A DNA stretch of 64,000 nt, taken from contig CAWDSK010000005.1 of assembly GCA_963804995.1 (NCBI GenBank), positions 288,001-352,000 of the forward strand. The letters are read 5' to 3'. Below the pieces are notes generated by a model that was not told the origin of the DNA, made no database searches, and saw only the letters and a program-made list of their open reading frames with translations. The position numbers were made by a program, and so were the translations under genes. This DNA is from an uncultured Acidobacteriota bacterium. Lineage in GTDB: Bacteria; Acidobacteriota; Terriglobia; UBA7540. This document shows positions 59,520 to 64,000 of the stretch, in pieces. Each line of letters opens with the position of its first letter. The first letter of the stretch is position 1.

Positions 59520-62290
59520 CAAGACCTTCCGCCAGCAGTCTTCAGGAAATTGGAATACCAACTTGGCGGCGTGATGCCTTGCTGCTTCCTGGTCTGCTCA
59601 TCGCCGCCATAAATGATTTTCTTCCACTCCGCATCACTCCAGCGCCGGGTGGAACTGAATTCGAACCATGAATAAACAAAACCCACGGTAAGCCGCGTTC
59701 CGCCGGAAGCATCCTTGACCACCACGATGATCCTTTGGGGCGTGCCAATGCCCTCCTCCAGAACCTGGCCGCTTACGGCATCCGTAGCGACATCAGCGAT
59801 CAAAGCCATTTGCAGGAGGGATTGATCCTTGATGATGTCCGCGCCTCGAGGCAGCAACAGCGAACTGTCAAAACTGTTGGGCAGCTTTCTGATCCAGTCA
59901 TAGTTTTCGCGGCTGAGGGGGGCGCCGGAAACTTCCTGTTGCGCAATCTCTTCCGCTCGATGCGCGAGCCCTCTAAACAGTGTGAATTTATCCGCATATT
60001 CATCCGTGATAAAACCTGAACCCTTCAGCGACGCCAGCATCTGGTCAATTGATGCGGTCAGTTGATGGAAGAAGGCTGGATTGGGTTCGACGTATCCTTT
60101 GGGTTCCGGCGGGATGTAGGGAGGAATCTCAAATTCTCCACCTCCACCCATCTCTGCGGCGGACTGCTCGGCATAAAGGATGGTGTCGTGCTTGAGTTCT
60201 GTCCAGGCAGAGGCCGCGGTGTTCAGACTCTTGTCCTGCCAGGGATCTCCCAACGCAAACTTTTGCTTGCTGGAGGTGGGCTGAAAGAGGGTCTTGAGGC
60301 TGTACAAGCACTGGTCGTAAAAAGTTGAGCGCTTGGCCATCTGCTCTTCGGTAGCCCCCTTGAGCTTGGCAACTTGACTGTCATAGTTGGGCCATTTGTG
60401 TTCTTTTTGCGTCTTCTGCTGCAATTCCGTGGCAGCCTTTGAGCCAAGCAGCATCATCACGTCAAGCGCTGAGGGAAGATTGCGCGGATTCCGGTCGTCA
60501 CCCACGCTGGGAGAAGTCAGTTGATTCAGGATGAAAGCATCGAGCACATAGCGCTGGCCCATGAACTTCAATCCCGCCGTCTCGTGAAGGCGCTGCTCCT
60601 GGGTTAAGCCGGTTCCAGTTTGCACCGAAACAATCTGTGGTGCGGGGAGGTCGCTCCAAGCCGTGCGTTGGAAGGCCGCGAGGTTGTCGTCCGGATTCGC
60701 GCTGAGCTCGTGAAAAGCGGGGGCCTCCGTGCCGAAGACTTTGCGATTGACAGAGCGGTACCCGGCGAGCGTGTATTTATCCTGGCGGCCAATGAGATAC
60801 GTGACCAACGCGTCCAGGCTGTCGAACCGGCTTCCCTCGTGTGCTCCTTCCACTAAGTGCGGTAGTAAAATTGCAGCCAGCGTTTGGGTCTTGTCGGAGA
60901 GGAGAAAATTGTGGCGGCCGTACCACATCATGCCGCGAAAATATCTTTGTAACGCCTGGTTCTTCGCGTAATGCCCGCGGACCTTGTATTGCGTGAAGTC
61001 TTCTTTGCCGGGCCCCAGGAAGTTTTGGGTCGAGGGCAACTCGCCTCCCCCCGCGTTGATGCGCTCAAGCAATGCCGCAGCTTGCGGGCGAATGGCCGTA
61101 GGAACTGCGAACGAAGGGTCAAACAGTTTGGCCGCCACTGAAAAATAGACCAGATCACAAAGCAATGCCTCACGAAGAGCGGGCACAGACGGAGGCGCAG
61201 CCTGGAGCTCTTCTTCCGCAGTCTTGGCGAGCGCTTTGGATAGGCTCGAAACTGCCGGCAGGAACTTCTTTTCTTCGATGTCCTGGAGCATGCGATCAAA
61301 AATCAAATGATAACAGTGCAGAAAAAGATCCGAGGTCACGAAGAGTTGACCGCCACTGATGGGAACCATTGGTACGCTTCTGCCATGTCATCAAGTGTCA
61401 GGGACTTCTCCGGAGGCACAGGCTCGATGTAAAACCCGTTCTGGGATAGGCGTTGCCGGTCGACTTCCGAAAACTTCAAATCCGATTTGCGAATCCGCCT
61501 GGAGATCTCTTCCACCGTAACTTCCGACTGATTGACGGAGGCGAAGCTCAAGGGCTTCAAATCACTTCCCTGAATGAAGCCATAGCGCGGCGTCTCTGGA
61601 GCGTTGAAGCGCCCTTTGATCCAACTCTGCCCTTGGAAGTTGAGTTGGCCAACAGTTTCCACTACCTCTCCCTGCAAGATCGTCAGGACCGGCGGGCTGG
61701 CGGGGTCGGGAACCACATGTACTGAAGCGGCTTCCCCTACCGCCATGTAGCGATCGCTTTCGGCAGGGTCGAGCGGCGGCTCCAGCCACAACTTGCGGGC
61801 ATCCATGTAGCCTTTAACTTCCTTGTCATGGAAGTTGGCGCGGACGGCGATGCTGGCGGGCCGTGCCGGGTCGTATTTCCCCAACACGTTTTCACCGAAG
61901 TAAACACGCGGAAGCATGTAATCCACGCCCCGTTCCTGAAGAACACTATACGACAGGCTCTCCTCGGGAAGCTTGGCAGCGGGCGTGCTTCTCAGAAAGT
62001 CCACCTGGTATGTGACTACGTATGTTCGGTCGTGGCCCGCCGATTCTGGCGTTCCTCCGGGCGCGAGTGTGCCCAAGAAGTTGGCCACCTTATTGGGTAT
62101 CTCCTCGGGGTCCACCTCTTTGACGGTTTGCGGCGCGACTATCGGACTGATTGCTGTCCGCGCAGAGGATCGATTCGAAATGCGGGGTGCTAGTGGTTTT
62201 CGGTTTCCGCGTTGTGATATAGACCGTGCCGGAAATCACCAAGACGAGGAGAAACCCCGTCAGGATATAAATTAATTTGCCTTGTTTCAT
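59519..62290 (-). CDS. DUF3160-domain protein with N-terminal TM and SH3-like domain; two frameshifts (near 62170 and 61370)
   Basis: FVTSD..LH.YH, DFTQYKVRGHY, WTELKHDTILY, GYVEP and ALIADV, spread over three consecutive ORFs. Confidence 0.8.
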
Positions 62291-62359
62291 CGCGCTGCGC
62301 TCCTCGGTCCGAGGATGAAAATCAGGATGGGAATACGCTTGTCAATTCGTTCGACCTTC

Positions 62360-62433
62360 TGGTAGCGGGGGGAGGATCGAACTCCCGACCTAGGGATTAT
62401 GAGACCCTCGCTCTACCACTGAGCTACCCCGCC
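62360..62433 (-). tRNA. tRNA with CAT anticodon (probably elongator Met)
   Basis: GGCGGGG TA GCTC AGTGGTA GAGC G AGGGT CTCATAA TCCCT AGGTC GGGAG TTCGATC CTCCC CCCGCT ACCA. Confidence 0.92.
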
Positions 62434-62547
62434 ACGGTTTTGCGAGTCAAACCCGCGCGCGACACCACTATAAATCATACTAGGGTATCCGGGCGCAAGA
62501 GGTCAAGAAAGGCGGTGGGGGTTCAATTTGATGTTATTGCGGCGAGT

Positions 62548-63540
62548 TTATCTCGTTAATAGGCGGCGCTTGGTGAGCGAGAGCAAAAGCTCAGCGAGGT
62601 GGCGCGAGTCGTGCCGCGCGACGCGATCTTCGTTGAGGAGTTCCGCGCACAGGGGTTTGACGCCCAGTTTGCGCACTTCGTCCAAGTCAAGCCGCACAGG
62701 TTCCGAGCGTTCGGCAGCGTAACGCTTCAGCACCGCGCGTGAAAGCGGCTGGGTGTTGAGAACAATGTGGTCAAAAATTTTATGCCCCGCGTGCTCAATC
62801 AGCGCGCGCACATGGTCGGCGGCAGAGTAGCCCCGCGATTCCCCCGGCTGCGTCATCAGATTGCAGACCAGCACCTTCACGGCCCGCGCCCGAGAGATTT
62901 CTTCGCGGATGCCGTGCACGAGCAGGTTGGGAACGAGCGAGGTATAAAGCGAGCCGGGGCCGAGCGTGATGAGGTCAGCCTCGCGAATCGCCGTCAGCGT
63001 TTCCGGCAGTGGCCGGCAGCGGCTGGGGACAATCTGCAATCGCCGGATGGGAACCCGCGTTTTGTTGATGCTGTGCTCGCCGCGAAGGACCACGCCATCC
63101 ACGCGCTCGGCCTTCAGGTGCACGTCGGAGAGCGTGGCGGGAAAAATTTCGCCGCGAATAGCCAGGACTTCGCTTGAGACGCGCACCGCTTTGGCGAAAT
63201 CATGAGTCAAGTGCGTGAGCGCCGCCAGAAAGAGGTTGCCCAGGCTGTGACCGCGCAGGCCGTGGCCGCTGGCGAAGCGGTAGTTGAAGAGTTTGGTGAG
63301 GAGTTGTTCGTCTTCGGCCAGCGCCACCATGCAGTTGCGGATGTCCCCGGGTGGCAGAATGCGGAAATCGCGGCGCAGGCGCCCGGAGCTTCCGCCCTCG
63401 TCGGTGACCGTAACGATGGCGGTGAGGCGAGCAATCTCCGGCCGAAACTGGGCGGGGCGCGCGGGCTCAACGACGTGGTGTTTGAGTCCTCGCAGGACCG
63501 TCGAAAGGCCCGTACCTCCGCCGATGGCGACGACTTTCAT
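62548..63540 (-). CDS. yvcK: YvcK/UPF0052 gluconeogenesis factor
   Basis: VVAIGGGTGL, DEGGSSGRLR, PPGDIRNC, GPGSLYTS, NLMTQPGE, RHD. Confidence 0.9.
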   Translation of the reverse strand: MKVVAIGGGTGLSTVLRGLKHHVVEPARPAQFRPEIARLTAIVTVTDEGGSSGRLRRDFRILPPGDIRNCMVALAEDEQLLTKLFNYRFASGHGLRGHSLGNLFLAALTHLTHDFAKAVRVSSEVLAIRGEIFPATLSDVHLKAERVDGVVLRGEHSINKTRVPIRRLQIVPSRCRPLPETLTAIREADLITLGPGSLYTSLVPNLLVHGIREEISRARAVKVLVCNLMTQPGESRGYSAADHVRALIEHAGHKIFDHIVLNTQPLSRAVLKRYAAERSEPVRLDLDEVRKLGVKPLCAELLNEDRVARHDSRHLAELLLSLTKRRLLTR

Positions 63541-63672
63541 TGTGGGCTGCAACCTTTCAGGGTACCGGCAACCTGCCGAGACGTGAGGGGGGCCTGTCCG
63601 TGGCGAATCATGGCCAGAAGTGCCATGCACCTCCTTGGGGATAGTTCGGCGTGGCGGGGTTCAGCAGGAGGC

Positions 63673-64000
63673 CTAAGCGCCTGCCGCATAGATCAGACGC
63701 CGGAAGCGGGGATCAGCGGCCAGCCCGTGGAGGTCCTCATCACGACGCGCATGGAAGCGGTTTTCAGGACGCAGCGTGATGGCAGCTTCAAGGTGCTCGA
63801 TGGCAACGTCCACATTGCCCAGCAGCGCCTGCACGGCCGCCAAAGCGTAACGGATGTAGTCCTGGTTGGACTTAAGCTTGTCGGCCTTGCTCAGTTGCTC
63901 GATGGCAAGTTCCAGCTTGCGTTCGTTCAAAGAGGCAATGCCCAGCGTGTAGTAGTCTTCCGCCGACTTGGCCGGCACCGCACGGCCCGTTCTATGCCGG
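63673..64000 (-). CDS. TPR protein (C-terminal part)
   Basis: YYTLGIASLN...YALAAVQA...AI.L.P......ARRDEDL. Confidence 0.7.
   Translation of the reverse strand, partial: RHRTGRAVPAKSAEDYYTLGIASLNERKLELAIEQLSKADKLKSNQDYIRYALAAVQALLGNVDVAIEHLEAAITLRPENRFHARRDEDLHGLAADPRFRRLIYAAGA

Noticed and set aside
62360..62433. tRNA as the attachment site for the phage-like cluster
   Set aside because: It is 17 kb away behind core genes, and I saw no duplicated tRNA 3' end.

Overview
GC-rich bacterial DNA, probably Acidobacteriota (inferred from the TonB-receptor C-terminus, the Ig-repeat lipoprotein and the general gene content). The left arm (1-12.3 kb) holds housekeeping and accessory genes (CDP-alcohol phosphatidyltransferase, Ig-repeat lipoprotein, glgP, RidA-like, nitrilase) plus several gene remnants. 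The centre (about 12.7-45.1 kb) is a single + strand cluster of about 30 phage-like late genes: lysis genes, Mu-like packaging and head genes, and a short non-contractile tail with fibres. No integrase, transposase, repressor or replication gene is visible, so it is a candidate domesticated, gene-transfer-agent-like element. It is preceded by four copies of a palindromic operator and two similar promoter-like sites. Nearly every gene junction, and many coding regions, carry hairpins built from 7-9 bp tandem repeats. Three virion-region proteins carry signal-peptide-like N-termini. The right arm (45.3-64 kb) is host DNA: DUF1015, two GalT-family genes, HAD phosphatase, selB, maf, ppiD-like, FGE-domain protein, sugar isomerase, MEMO, DUF3160, tRNA-Met and yvcK. 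Several isolated 1-bp frameshifts, including in selB and the tRNA, suggest assembly indel errors. All family assignments come from motif recognition by eye, not from database searches.
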